Assembly (NCBI GenBank): GCA_965116335.1
Contig: OZ220677.1
Coordinates: 922,846 to 986,845 of the forward strand
Direction: 5' to 3'
DNA: 64,000 bases
Source of the DNA: Arenicellales bacterium
GTDB taxonomy: Bacteria > Pseudomonadota > Gammaproteobacteria > Arenicellales > Poriferihabitantaceae
Shown here: in pieces, positions 9,826-20,052 of the stretch
Layout: every line of letters starts with the position of its first letter
How positions within the stretch are numbered: the first letter of the stretch is position 1
Made by a program: the position numbers and the translations under genes
The notes under the pieces: model-generated
Seen by the model: the letters and a program-made list of their open reading frames with translations, nothing else
What the model was told of the DNA's origin: nothing
The model's database searches: none

Positions 9826-12800
9826 TTACATATTTCTACGGTATTGGCCGCCGACTTCGTAGAGGGCCTGAGATATTTCTCCCAGTGAGCAGGTGCGTAC
9901 TGCCTGCATCAGTTGTTCGAAGATGTTGCGGTTGTCGATGGCGGCTTGCCGGACCGCTTGCAGGGCGGTCTGTGAGGTGTCGCGGTGAGTCGCCTTGAAT
10001 TGTCGTAGCCGTTTTATCTGGCTGCGTTTCTCCTGTTCGGTGGAGCGGGACAGTCCGATGGAAGTGGTCTGTGGTTGCGGGTCGGGATTGATGAAGGTAT
10101 TGACTCCGATGACGGGTAGCGTGCCTTCGTGCTTACGGTGCTCGTAGTGCATGGATTGCTCCTGGATGCAGCTTCTCTGGTAGCCGGTTTCCATCGCGCC
10201 GAGTACGCCGCCGCGCTCGGAAATTCTCTCGAACTCGCTCAATACGGCTTCTTCCAGCAGGTCGGTCAACTCCTCTATGATGAAACTGCCCTGGTTGGAG
10301 TTCTCATTCATCGCCAGCCCCCATTCGCGGTTGATGATCAACTGGATCGCCAGCGCGCGGCGCACCGATTCGTCGGTCGGGGTGGTAATCGCTTCATCGT
10401 AGGCGTTGGTATGCAGGCTGTTGCAGTTATCGTAAATGGCGATTAGCGCCTGCAGGGTGGTGCGGATGTCGTTGAAATCAATCTCCTGGGCATGCAGGGA
10501 GCGCCCCGAAGTCTGGATATGGTATTTCAATTTCTGCGAACGTTCATTGGCGCCGTAACGCTCTCGCATCGCGACCGCCCATATCCGCCGGGCGACCCGT
10601 CCCATGACAGTGTATTCCGGGCACATTCCATTGCTGAAAAAGAACGAGAGATTGGGCGCGAAATCATCAATGTCCATGCCCCGCGCCAGCCAGGCCTCGA
10701 CGTAGGTGAAGCCATTGGCCAGGGTGAACGCCAGTTGGCTGATCGGGTTGGCGCCGGCTTCCGCGATATGATAACCGGAGATCGAGACCGAGTAGAAATT
10801 GCGGATCCGATGTTGGGTGAAGTACTGCTGTACGTCGCCCATCAGCCGCAGGGAAAATTCGGTCGAGAAGATGCAGGTATTCTGCCCCTGATCTTCCTTC
10901 AGGATGTCAGCCTGTACGGTGCCGCGGACACTGGCCAGCGCGTCGGCGCGAACCTGTGCCGCCTCCCGCCCGTCCGGGGGCATGCCTTCGCGCTCGGTGA
11001 ACGCCTGCTGGCGTTGGTCGATGGCGACATTCAGGAACATCGCCAGGATGATCGGTGCGGGGCCGTTGATGGTCATGGAAACCGATGTCGCCGGGTCGCA
11101 CAGATCGAAGCCATCATATAGTACTCTCATGTCTTCCAGCGTGGCGATGGACACTCCGGAATTACCAACCTTGCCGTAAATATCCGGACGTTCATCCGGG
11201 TCGCAACCGTACAGAGTCACGGAATCGAAGGCAGTGGATAGTCTTTTGGCGCGGGAATGTTCCGACAGGTCGTGGAAGCGGCGATTGGTATTGAAGGCAT
11301 CCCCTCCCCCGGCGAACATCCGGGTCGGGTCTTCACCGTCTCGCTTGAACGGGAAAACTCCGGCAGTAAACGGGAACCGGCCCGGCAGATTATCGAGCAG
11401 CATCCAACGGGCCAGCTCGCCGTGATCGGCGAATTTCGGCAGGGCCACTCTGGGGATGTCCGTACCCGACAGGGTTTTCCTTTTCAACGGATTGTGGATT
11501 TGGCGGTCGCGGATGGTGACCACATATTCATCCCGGGAGAAATCTGTTACGTCCTGCGACCATTGTTGCAGCGCGGCTTGCAGTTGCGGGTCAAGCCGGG
11601 CCTTGCGCTCTTCAATCAGTCGGTCAAGGGTCGTGGTTTGCGCCGTATCTGTTGAACCCTCCACCTCACCAGCCTCCACCTGCAACATGGATCGAGTGGA
11701 TTCCAGTTGTTGAATCTCGCGCGCGGTGGTGGCCTGCGCGGTAGCCCGTTGCCGGTAGCCGCGCACCGTATCGGCAATCTCGGCGAGATAACGTTGTCGG
11801 CTCTCGGGGATAATCCGGTTGTGGTCGGTCGAGATGCGGATATTGACCGCGGGCAGTCGGCTGTGTTCGCATTGCAGGCCGTGCGCCTTGAGCTGGGCGA
11901 GGACCTCCTGATAGAGTGCGGTCACGCCATCATCGTTGAAGCGCGAGGCGATGGCTCCGAATACCGGCATGTCCTCGGGACGGGCACTGAACGCTTCGCG
12001 GTTGCGCTGCACCTGTCGGGCGACATCGCGCCAGGCATCCTCGGCACCCCTGCGGTCAAACTTGTTGATCGCCACAATATCAGCGAAGTCCAGCATATCT
12101 ATTTTTTCCAGCTGGGACTGCGCCCCGAACTCCGGGGTCATTACATACAATGCACAATCCACCAGGGCTGAAATGCCGGTATCGCCCTGCCCGATGCCCG
12201 GTGTCTCGACGATCACCAGATCGAATCCGGCATCCTGACACCGATCAATCATCGCACCGATGCAGTCGGGAACTTCTCTGGTACTGTCGCGGGTGGCGAT
12301 GGAACGCATAAAAATGTTGGGGTGATTCACTGCATTCATGCGGATACGGTCGCCGAGCAGGGCACCGCCGCTCTTACGCCGGGTCGGGTCGACCGCCAGG
12401 ATGGCGATTTTCAGCGAGTCCGCCAGATCCATACGGAATCTTAAAATCAGCTCATCGGTCAACGAGGACTTGCCAGCACCGCCGGTGCCGGTAATACCGA
12501 GAACCGGCGCCTTGCGGCCTGATTGCGCTGCACTTCTGGTCGCGCCCGGTACACGGTTGCGGTTGCCTGCGCCTGTGCCATCCTGGATTGCCGACAGGGT
12601 GCGAGACAATGCGGTGATGGTGGCGTTGTTGGCCAGGGCTTGTGGAGTCTGTGAGGCGACCGGTTCAGGCAGGCTCTGTCTGAGGTGGGCGGTAGTGGTC
12701 TCGATGATGTCGTCGATGATGCCGCCGAGTCCCATCTGTTGGCCGTCTTCGGGCGTATAGATACGAGTCACGCCGGAGGCTTCGAGCAGGGCTTTCTCCT

Positions 12801-13152
12801 CAGGGATGATGACGCCGCCGCCACCGGCGAATACCCGGATTCTGTCAGCGCCATTTTGACCTAACAAGTCAATCATGTATTGCAGGTACTCGATATGCCC
12901 GCCCTGATAGGAACTGATGGCGATGCCGTGCGCGTCTTCCTGCAATGCAGCGTTGACCACTTCAGCCACCGATCGGTTGTGCCCCAGGTGAATGACCTCA
13001 ACCCCCTTCGACTGGAGAATACGGCGCATGATATTGATGGCTGCATCATGACCATCGAACAGGCTGGCAGCAGTCACAAACCGCAAGGGGCTTGCTGGTT
13101 GCATATCTGCCTGTACAAGACTGGCGGTAGCCAGACGCTCCGCTTTACCCAA
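9826..13152 (-). CDS. icmF: fused isobutyryl-CoA mutase (B12-binding domain, MeaB-like GTPase, mutase domain)
   Basis: N-terminal FDGHDAAIN (DxHxxG B12 motif), GITGTGGAGKSSL P-loop, large C-terminal methylmalonyl-CoA-mutase-like domain. 1108 aa. Confidence 0.9.
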   Translation of the reverse strand: MGKAERLATASLVQADMQPASPLRFVTAASLFDGHDAAINIMRRILQSKGVEVIHLGHNRSVAEVVNAALQEDAHGIAISSYQGGHIEYLQYMIDLLGQNGADRIRVFAGGGGVIIPEEKALLEASGVTRIYTPEDGQQMGLGGIIDDIIETTTAHLRQSLPEPVASQTPQALANNATITALSRTLSAIQDGTGAGNRNRVPGATRSAAQSGRKAPVLGITGTGGAGKSSLTDELILRFRMDLADSLKIAILAVDPTRRKSGGALLGDRIRMNAVNHPNIFMRSIATRDSTREVPDCIGAMIDRCQDAGFDLVIVETPGIGQGDTGISALVDCALYVMTPEFGAQSQLEKIDMLDFADIVAINKFDRRGAEDAWRDVARQVQRNREAFSARPEDMPVFGAIASRFNDDGVTALYQEVLAQLKAHGLQCEHSRLPAVNIRISTDHNRIIPESRQRYLAEIADTVRGYRQRATAQATTAREIQQLESTRSMLQVEAGEVEGSTDTAQTTTLDRLIEERKARLDPQLQAALQQWSQDVTDFSRDEYVVTIRDRQIHNPLKRKTLSGTDIPRVALPKFADHGELARWMLLDNLPGRFPFTAGVFPFKRDGEDPTRMFAGGGDAFNTNRRFHDLSEHSRAKRLSTAFDSVTLYGCDPDERPDIYGKVGNSGVSIATLEDMRVLYDGFDLCDPATSVSMTINGPAPIILAMFLNVAIDQRQQAFTEREGMPPDGREAAQVRADALASVRGTVQADILKEDQGQNTCIFSTEFSLRLMGDVQQYFTQHRIRNFYSVSISGYHIAEAGANPISQLAFTLANGFTYVEAWLARGMDIDDFAPNLSFFFSNGMCPEYTVMGRVARRIWAVAMRERYGANERSQKLKYHIQTSGRSLHAQEIDFNDIRTTLQALIAIYDNCNSLHTNAYDEAITTPTDESVRRALAIQLIINREWGLAMNENSNQGSFIIEELTDLLEEAVLSEFERISERGGVLGAMETGYQRSCIQEQSMHYEHRKHEGTLPVIGVNTFINPDPQPQTTSIGLSRSTEQEKRSQIKRLRQFKATHRDTSQTALQAVRQAAIDNRNIFEQLMQAVRTCSLGEISQALYEVGGQYRRNM

Positions 13153-13221
13153 AATATCCTCGACTGGTAAGGTATGGAATTTGACTGGTTTATACGGTAC
13201 ATTGCGTTCACGTAAACGTCA

Positions 13222-13247
13222 ACCGCCAATATCCACCGCCAATATCC
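13222..13247. repeat. tandem 13-nt direct repeat ACCGCCAATATCC x2 in the icmF/MTase divergent intergenic region
   Basis: Read directly: aACCGCCAATATCCACCGCCAATATCCgc. Confidence 0.8.
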
Positions 13248-13312
13248 GCATTATATTGCTGGTTGGTTTTGTATAATAACTCCAACAGACATTCACCGGA
13301 ACTTTCAGCAAG

Positions 13313-14278
13313 ATGGATATATCAGGAACACAGGTCAATTTACTGGTTGACCCTTGTTTGTCTGACGACCAAAAAGCAAGAAAAACGCATTGGGTTATCG
13401 CCCGGGACTGCCGTGACTACATGGGCTCCATGGGAGATAGCAGCGTATCCTTGATTGTAACCGACCCCCCATACTTTATTGATGGTATGGGAGACGATTG
13501 GAACCACGAAGCTCTTGGACGCCGGATGAGGCCGGGCGGCGTGGTTGGGTCTTTGCCTGTCGGGATGAAATTCGATGTGCATCAGGGCACGAAACTGCAA
13601 GGATTCCTGAAACCGATTGCACAGGAGTGGATGAGACTGATCAAGCCCGGAGGGTTTGTTCTGTGCTTTTCCCAGAACCGGCTGGTTCATCACACAGCTA
13701 TGGCAATCGAGTCAGCCGGTTTCGAGATTCGGGACGTTCTTGCATGGCGATACGAAGGCCAGGCAAAGGCATTCACCCAGGAACATTTTGTCCGCAAGCG
13801 AAACATCCCGGAATCTGAAAAGAAAAGGCTGATTAAAAAACTGGGAGGCAGGAAAACCCCACAATTAAAACCGCAGTGTGAACTAATTGTGATGGGGCAG
13901 GCACCACGTGACGGGACATTTGTAGATAACTGGGATAAGTGGGAAACAGGCCTGATTGACCCGAAACAACCATTGATCGAACCGGGCCGATTCCCCGGCA
14001 CGGTGATACCCGTACCAAAACCCCGCGAGAGGCACGGACATATAACGGCGAAACCGGTTGATCTTCTTCGTCACCTGATTCGTGTTTTCTCACCGGAAAG
14101 CGCATTGGTTTTTGATCCATTTGCGGGGTCAGGCTCAACCGGAGTCGCCGCTCGCATGGAGAACAGAGACTTTGTTGGCACTGAGATAGATCAAGCAATG
14201 GCGAAGAGAGCAGAAAAACGTATCGAGATGATTATGCCTTTGATAGCAAGGGACGAGTTCACGCAGTGGCGAGCGTGA
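13313..14278 (+). CDS. orphan DNA methyltransferase (beta-class N6A/N4C, PF01555-like)
   Basis: LIVTDPPYFIDG (motif IV) then VFDPFAGSGSTGVAA (motif I). No adjacent nuclease; flanked by icmF and an acyl-CoA dehydrogenase. Confidence 0.85.
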   Translation: MDISGTQVNLLVDPCLSDDQKARKTHWVIARDCRDYMGSMGDSSVSLIVTDPPYFIDGMGDDWNHEALGRRMRPGGVVGSLPVGMKFDVHQGTKLQGFLKPIAQEWMRLIKPGGFVLCFSQNRLVHHTAMAIESAGFEIRDVLAWRYEGQAKAFTQEHFVRKRNIPESEKKRLIKKLGGRKTPQLKPQCELIVMGQAPRDGTFVDNWDKWETGLIDPKQPLIEPGRFPGTVIPVPKPRERHGHITAKPVDLLRHLIRVFSPESALVFDPFAGSGSTGVAARMENRDFVGTEIDQAMAKRAEKRIEMIMPLIARDEFTQWRA

Positions 14279-14368
14279 GACCCGTCCAACGAGCGCACAA
14301 GAGTGTACAGAGGAAAATCCTTGACTGGCTAACCCATCATTTCAAAGAGAACAAATGAGTAAACGATC

Positions 14369-16171
14369 ATGAGTCAATATAAAGTACCGGCGCGGGACTT
14401 GCTGTTCGCGATGGAGCATCTGGCTGACCTTGCGGGCGTGAATGCCCTGCCGGGGTACGGGGATGCGACACCGGATGCGGTCAATGCCATTATAGTCGAG
14501 GCTGGCAAGCTGGCTGAACAAGTTCTGGACCCGCTCAACCGGGTGGGTGACCGGCAAGGGGCATGTCTTGAGAACGGTGAGGTACGCACGCCGGACGGCT
14601 GGGCAGATGCCTGGCAACAGTTCATCGAGAGCGGTTGGAATGGCCTGGCTTTCGACCCGGAGCGCGGCGGCATGGGCCTGCCCTGGCTGGTGGCTACCGC
14701 AGTGCAGGAAATCTGGCACTCGTCCAATATGGCGTTCTCGCTCTGTACGTTGTTGACTCAGGGTGCCATCGAAGCCATCAACCTGCATGGCTCTGATAAA
14801 CAGAAAGATCGGTACCTTGAGAACCTGATTCGCGGCAACTGGTCTGGCACGATGAACCTGACCGAACCGCAGGCTGGCTCTGATCTGGCGCTGGTAAAGA
14901 CCACGGCGACACCGAACGGCGACCACTACCTGCTCAGCGGCCAGAAGATATTCATTACCTACGGCGACCATGACCTGACTGACAATATCATCCACCTGGT
15001 GCTGGCGCGTATTCCCGGAGCGCCGCCCGGAGTAAAGGGGATTTCACTGTTCATCGTGCCCAAGTATCTGCCAGACGAGAACGGCGACTGGAACATACGA
15101 AACGATGTCGAAACTATTTCTCTGGAACACAAACTCGGCATCCATGGCAGCCCGACTGCGGTTCTGGGCTATGGCAGCGGGCGTTATCGCAATCCTGCGG
15201 GCGCGGTCGGTTATCTGATCGGGCAACAGAACCAGGGCATGGCTTGTATGTTCACGATGATGAATATTGCCCGGCTGGCGGTCGGGCTGGAGGGCAACGG
15301 CGTGGCTGAGCGCGCCTACCAGCAGGCGGTCTGGTTCGCTGGTGAGCGAGTGCAGGGCACTGCAATCGAGAATCCCGGTGGCGACCGGGTGGCGATCATC
15401 GAGCATCCTGATGTCAAGCGTATGCTGATACTACAGAAATGCCGGATCGAGGGATTGCGTTCTCTGGGGCTGGTACTGGGCGGCTCATTCGACAAGGCCC
15501 GCAGGTCACCCGATCAGGGCTGCCGGGAATTGGCTCAGGCTATGGTTGATATATTGACTCCGGTGGTCAAGGGCTATATGACGGAAATGGGTCTTGAGAA
15601 TGTGTCGCTGGCCCTGCAAGTACACGGCGGCATGGGATTCATCGAGGAAACCGGAGCAGCACAGTATTACCGCGACCAGCGCATTACTCCGATTTATGAG
15701 GGCACTAACGGCATCCAGGCGCTGGATCTGATTGGGCGCAAGCTGATGCGTGACAATGGCGGTATCGCACAGCGGGTGATTGAACATATACGCGCTGACC
15801 TGTCCACTGTATGTCAGCCAGACTTGAAGGAGATGCGTGACAGTGCCCTGTCCGCTCTGGATGATCTGGAAGCAGTCATTCAGAACGTGCTGTCGATGGC
15901 GGCAGATGACATACGCCAGCCCGGTGCCATCGCCGACCCGTATTTGCGGCTGTGGGGCGTTATCTGCTGTGGCTGGCAGCTGGCGCGGGCCGCTTCTGTG
16001 GCGATGACGCTGGACCCGGAGCACGATGCCTTTTACGCCGCCAAGATCGAGACCGCCCGTTTCTATTTCGCTTGTGAGATGCCGAAAGTGGCTTACTACC
16101 GGCGTATCATCACGGATGCGGCGGAGCCGGTTGCGCGAATGGATAGCAGTCTGTTCGAGATATACAGTTAA
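14369..16171 (+). CDS. acyl-CoA dehydrogenase (long, ~600 aa form)
   Basis: Length and motifs (GMGLPW, TEPQAGSDL, YEGTNGIQALDL) are typical of ACAD family members with a C-terminal extension. Confidence 0.8.
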   Translation: MSQYKVPARDLLFAMEHLADLAGVNALPGYGDATPDAVNAIIVEAGKLAEQVLDPLNRVGDRQGACLENGEVRTPDGWADAWQQFIESGWNGLAFDPERGGMGLPWLVATAVQEIWHSSNMAFSLCTLLTQGAIEAINLHGSDKQKDRYLENLIRGNWSGTMNLTEPQAGSDLALVKTTATPNGDHYLLSGQKIFITYGDHDLTDNIIHLVLARIPGAPPGVKGISLFIVPKYLPDENGDWNIRNDVETISLEHKLGIHGSPTAVLGYGSGRYRNPAGAVGYLIGQQNQGMACMFTMMNIARLAVGLEGNGVAERAYQQAVWFAGERVQGTAIENPGGDRVAIIEHPDVKRMLILQKCRIEGLRSLGLVLGGSFDKARRSPDQGCRELAQAMVDILTPVVKGYMTEMGLENVSLALQVHGGMGFIEETGAAQYYRDQRITPIYEGTNGIQALDLIGRKLMRDNGGIAQRVIEHIRADLSTVCQPDLKEMRDSALSALDDLEAVIQNVLSMAADDIRQPGAIADPYLRLWGVICCGWQLARAASVAMTLDPEHDAFYAAKIETARFYFACEMPKVAYYRRIITDAAEPVARMDSSLFEIYS

Positions 16172-16211
16172 GGGCGCAGAGTCGCAAAGACCGCAACAGG
16201 ACAAGTGAGGC

Positions 16212-17291
16212 GTGGCAGCGATACGGGCTAAAGGCAGGTTTGCCGAGGCGGTCGGCTTTACGGCACCGATCATTCAGGCACCGATGGCAGGGTCAAACGG
16301 CTCCGCACTGGCGGTTGCCGTCTGTCGAGCCGGGGGGCTGGGTTCCTTGCCATGCGCCCTGCTGGATGCCGGACAAATCCTGGCCGAGGTCGCCATCATC
16401 CGCTCACATACAGACAAGCCCTTCAATCTTAACTTCTTCTGCCACCGGCAGCCGCCAGTCGAGCATCACCAGATGGCAGAGTGGCATCATACCCTCGCCC
16501 GCTTCTATCAGGAACGAGGATTGCCGGTGCCTGATCTGGCGGATTCCGCAGTGTCTGCGGGGTGCCGCCCTTTCGACCGGGAAATGTGTGATGTGGTCGA
16601 GCAGGTACGTCCACCCGTAGTCAGCTTCCACTTCGGCCTGCCGGAGGACCGGTTGTACGACCGGGTACGGGCATCAGGTTGCCGGATACTGTGCTCGGCG
16701 ACCACGACCGAAGAAGCAGTCTTTCTGGAGTCAAGAGGCGTAGATGCGATCATTGCCCAGGGAGCCGAGGCCGGTGGACATCGCGGTATGTTCCTTAACA
16801 GAGACATTCACAACCAGCCCGGCACTCTGGCTCTGGTGCCGCAGATTGTCGACGCCGTTTCCATCCCGGTAATCGCAGCCGGCGGCATCGGCGACAGCCG
16901 GGGCATTGCAGCCAGCCTGACGCTGGGTGCTGATTGTGTCCAGATCGGGTCGCTGTTCCTGTTTTGCCGAGAGGCCCTGACATCGAAACTGCACCTGGAA
17001 GCGTTGAACAAAGCCACCGACCACAGTACTGCACTGACTAATCTGTTTACCGGGAGACCGGCCAGAGGCATAGTCAACTATCTGATGCGGGAAATCGGCC
17101 CGATGAGCGACGCACCGCCTCCCTTCCCTCTGGCTGGCGCGGCCTTAGCCGCCCTGAGAGCCGCTGCACAAGCTGAGGAGAACAGCGACTTCACGCCGTT
17201 GTGGGCCGGACAGGCCGCGGCAATGGGTAAGGCTTATCTGGGTTTATCCGCGACCGAGGTCATGCAAAAACTTACCGAACCGTTGTCGTAA
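16212..17291 (+). CDS. nitronate monooxygenase (2-nitropropane dioxygenase family)
   Basis: APIIQAPMAGSNGSALAVAVCRAGGLGSL and AQGAEAGGHRG motifs. Confidence 0.8.
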   Translation: MAAIRAKGRFAEAVGFTAPIIQAPMAGSNGSALAVAVCRAGGLGSLPCALLDAGQILAEVAIIRSHTDKPFNLNFFCHRQPPVEHHQMAEWHHTLARFYQERGLPVPDLADSAVSAGCRPFDREMCDVVEQVRPPVVSFHFGLPEDRLYDRVRASGCRILCSATTTEEAVFLESRGVDAIIAQGAEAGGHRGMFLNRDIHNQPGTLALVPQIVDAVSIPVIAAGGIGDSRGIAASLTLGADCVQIGSLFLFCREALTSKLHLEALNKATDHSTALTNLFTGRPARGIVNYLMREIGPMSDAPPPFPLAGAALAALRAAAQAEENSDFTPLWAGQAAAMGKAYLGLSATEVMQKLTEPLS

Positions 17292-17337
17292 AAAGAGCAA
17301 GCCGGAGCCTGCCCCGGCACCGCCCCGATCATCCCAA

Positions 17338-17697
17338 TCAACTGCCGATCAGCAACGAGATAATGTTCGCCAGACCACGGGCGAACTCACTTTCCAGTGG
17401 AAAGGAAAGCATCCCCAGTACCGAGTAACCCAATAACCAGGGCATCAGGTAAAACCGGATCATGTAGAAAAACCAGGCTACATACAGGGGTATCAGTGGA
17501 CGAATCAGGAAAGCCGGGGTAATCGGGGCGAACAGCTTGAGAATCGGATCAGTGTACTTGACGAACACGCGCATGAAGAAGAACGAACTGTCTTCACGCA
17601 GGAAAATACTCATCCCGAAGCGGCCGATCAGAGTCCACATGACCATGCCCATGATGTAATCAAAGGCAAGTACCCAGGCTGGAAACGCGCTGTACAT
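17338..17697 (-). CDS. YggT-like small integral membrane protein
   Basis: 119 aa, multi-TM, with TDPILKLFAPITP resembling the YggT T.P.L.P...P signature. Confidence 0.45.
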   Translation of the reverse strand: MYSAFPAWVLAFDYIMGMVMWTLIGRFGMSIFLREDSSFFFMRVFVKYTDPILKLFAPITPAFLIRPLIPLYVAWFFYMIRFYLMPWLLGYSVLGMLSFPLESEFARGLANIISLLIGS

Positions 17698-17756
17698 GAT
17701 AATCCGGTTTCAATTGGTTGCAGTCAGTTGCCAGTCTGATGCGTTATTGGAGATAC

Positions 17757-17784
17757 AAAAAAATGCCGGGGACGAAGCCCCGGC
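17757..17784 (-). terminator. rho-independent terminator downstream of the symporter gene
   Basis: Minus strand reads GCCGGGG-cttcgt-CCCCGGC followed by ATTTTTTTG. Lies ~40 nt after the stop at 17823. Confidence 0.75.
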
Positions 17785-17822
17785 ATATTCATGGCTGAAA
17801 ACAAGTTCAGCAAACTTCTTTA

Positions 17823-19637
17823 TCAGTGGGAAGAATCCAGTATGGTTTTGCCCGCAGGCACCCGGATTTCATCCACCATGGCCTGAGTTTCAGCATCCGG
17901 TTCCTCGGTCATCAGAGAAACCACGATCATCGCAATCAGGCTCACCGGCATACCGATAATTCCGAATCGCAGATGGTCGATACCGATCCACGGGTCCATA
18001 CCGGCAAACCGAACCATATACAGATACCAGGTTCCGGCGAGGAAACCACAGACCATACCGGCAATGGCGCCCGCCCGGTTGGCTCGCTTCCACCAGATAC
18101 CGAGAACGATCGGGAAGAACAGCCCGGAACAGGCGAAGTCGAACGCCCAGGCTACCGCTCCGAGGATGCTGGTCAGTTTCAGACTCGCTACAAAGGCACC
18201 CGCAGCACCGATCACCAGCAACAATATGCGCGCCACTAACAGGCGCTTCTTGGTTTCCGCAGCCGGATCGATGATTTTGTAGTACAAATCATGAGACAGG
18301 GCGTTGGCAATCGCCAGCAGCAAACCATCTGCTGTGGACATCGCAGCCGCCATACCGCCAGCGGCAACCAGACCGGATATAACATACGGCAGTCCGGCGA
18401 TTTCCGGTGTGGCCAGCACGACAATATCGCCGCGCATGAAGAACTCGTTGAGTTGCAATATGCCGTCTCCGTTGCCGTCGATAACCTGCAGGAAGCCAAC
18501 ACTGCTCCACTTCTGCACCCATTCCAGCGCATTCACCTCGGTGATGGCCTTGCCGATGATGCCGGTTGCCAAATCAGGGTTAAGCAACTGCAACTTGGTA
18601 AACGTGGCCAGTGCCGGAGCGGTGAAATACAGCAGGAAGATGAAGAACAGAGACCATGCGACCGACTGTCTGGCTGATTTGACGGACGGAGTCGTGAAGT
18701 AGCGCATCAGGATATGTGGCAATGACGCCGTACCGGCCATCATACACAGTACCAGCGTGACGAACTTCCAGCTATCGCCAGCGGCAGCAAAAGGAACGCT
18801 CAACGCCTTCAAACCCGCCTTCGCGCCAGCAACCGCCTCCAGAGTACCGAGGCCGTGCATCGCCTCGAGCTCGGTGATCTTCATCACTGCATCGCCGTAA
18901 ACCAGTTGCGGAATCAAGCCGAAACCCTGTTTATTGGACATCCAGAATACCGGCACCAGATAGGCGATGATCAGTACGATGTATTGCGCGACCTGGGTCC
19001 AGGTTACCGCACGCATACCGCCGAGCATCGAACACAGCAGAATACCCAGCAATCCGAACCAGACGCCAACCTCGAATGGAATCTGCAAGGCACGGGCAGC
19101 GATGGTTCCGGTAGCGTTGATCTGAGCGGTCACATAAGTGAAAGACGCGACCACCAGCACCACTACCGCACAGAACCTGGCGAGATTACCGCCATAGCGC
19201 GTACCGATGAAGTCCGGCACCGTGTAGCAGCCGAACTTACGCAGGTAAGGCGCCATCAGTGAGGCGACCAGTACATAACCACCAGTCCAGCCAACCACAA
19301 ACGCCAGATAGCCATGTCCGCCGAAGTAAATACCCCCGGCCATAGCGACGAACGAAGCACCCGACATCCAGTCTGCGGCAGTAGCCATCCCGTTGAAAAC
19401 GGTGGGCACCTGACGACCGGCGACATAGTACGCGTCGACCTGCATGGTGCGGGATAACCAGCCGATCGCGGCATAGATCAGGACGGTAAAGGCGACGAAA
19501 AGGATACCAATGGTATCCGCCGCCATGCCCATTTGCTCGAACACAGCCATAATCAGGATGAATACCAGGAAGCCCCCGGTATACAGCCCGTAGATTTTCG
19601 GCAGGTTCTGAATAAAATTGTCTGTTAAGCCTTTCAT
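17823..19637 (-). CDS. sodium:solute symporter family protein (ActP-like cation/acetate symporter group)
   Basis: ~604 aa polytopic SSF protein. Start moved to MKGLTDNF (ATG 19637), which has GGAGG 9 nt upstream and sits 5 nt after the DUF4212 stop. Classic DUF4212 + SSS pairing. Confidence 0.85.
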   Translation of the reverse strand: MKGLTDNFIQNLPKIYGLYTGGFLVFILIMAVFEQMGMAADTIGILFVAFTVLIYAAIGWLSRTMQVDAYYVAGRQVPTVFNGMATAADWMSGASFVAMAGGIYFGGHGYLAFVVGWTGGYVLVASLMAPYLRKFGCYTVPDFIGTRYGGNLARFCAVVVLVVASFTYVTAQINATGTIAARALQIPFEVGVWFGLLGILLCSMLGGMRAVTWTQVAQYIVLIIAYLVPVFWMSNKQGFGLIPQLVYGDAVMKITELEAMHGLGTLEAVAGAKAGLKALSVPFAAAGDSWKFVTLVLCMMAGTASLPHILMRYFTTPSVKSARQSVAWSLFFIFLLYFTAPALATFTKLQLLNPDLATGIIGKAITEVNALEWVQKWSSVGFLQVIDGNGDGILQLNEFFMRGDIVVLATPEIAGLPYVISGLVAAGGMAAAMSTADGLLLAIANALSHDLYYKIIDPAAETKKRLLVARILLLVIGAAGAFVASLKLTSILGAVAWAFDFACSGLFFPIVLGIWWKRANRAGAIAGMVCGFLAGTWYLYMVRFAGMDPWIGIDHLRFGIIGMPVSLIAMIVVSLMTEEPDAETQAMVDEIRVPAGKTILDSSH

Positions 19638-19641
19638 CTTG

Positions 19642-19899
19642 TTATTCCTCCGCGAAGCCGGTTTCCTGGTCAATTTTATGCTGGGACCGGGCGAACCAGA
19701 AGATCAGTATCACAAAGATAACCTCCGACCCCTGTGCGGCCATGTAGAACCCCAACGGGAAACCCATGAACGAAAACGCATTCAAGGCATTAGCAAACCA
19801 GTGTACCAAGAAAGAAAAGACAAACCATAGCGATAGAGTGATAATCATCAGACGCTTGGTGCGCGTCCAATGCTCCACTCTTTGGCTGGTATCAGTCAT
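19642..19899 (-). CDS. DUF4212 small membrane subunit of the solute symporter
   Basis: 85 aa, 2 TM, FMGFPLGFYMAAQGS motif. Directly upstream of the SSS gene. Confidence 0.8.
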   Translation of the reverse strand: MTDTSQRVEHWTRTKRLMIITLSLWFVFSFLVHWFANALNAFSFMGFPLGFYMAAQGSEVIFVILIFWFARSQHKIDQETGFAEE

Positions 19900-20052
19900 A
19901 TAACCCCCAGATCATTGTAGTTAAAATTATTGCGGTTCATACAGAACAACCAGAAACCAGCACCGGACTGAACCGTGAACCCCATATCCGCGATACTAAA
20001 TAAGACGTGGCAAAATTGCAATAGCAGAGGCAACTGCTGTGTCTGAATCAAA

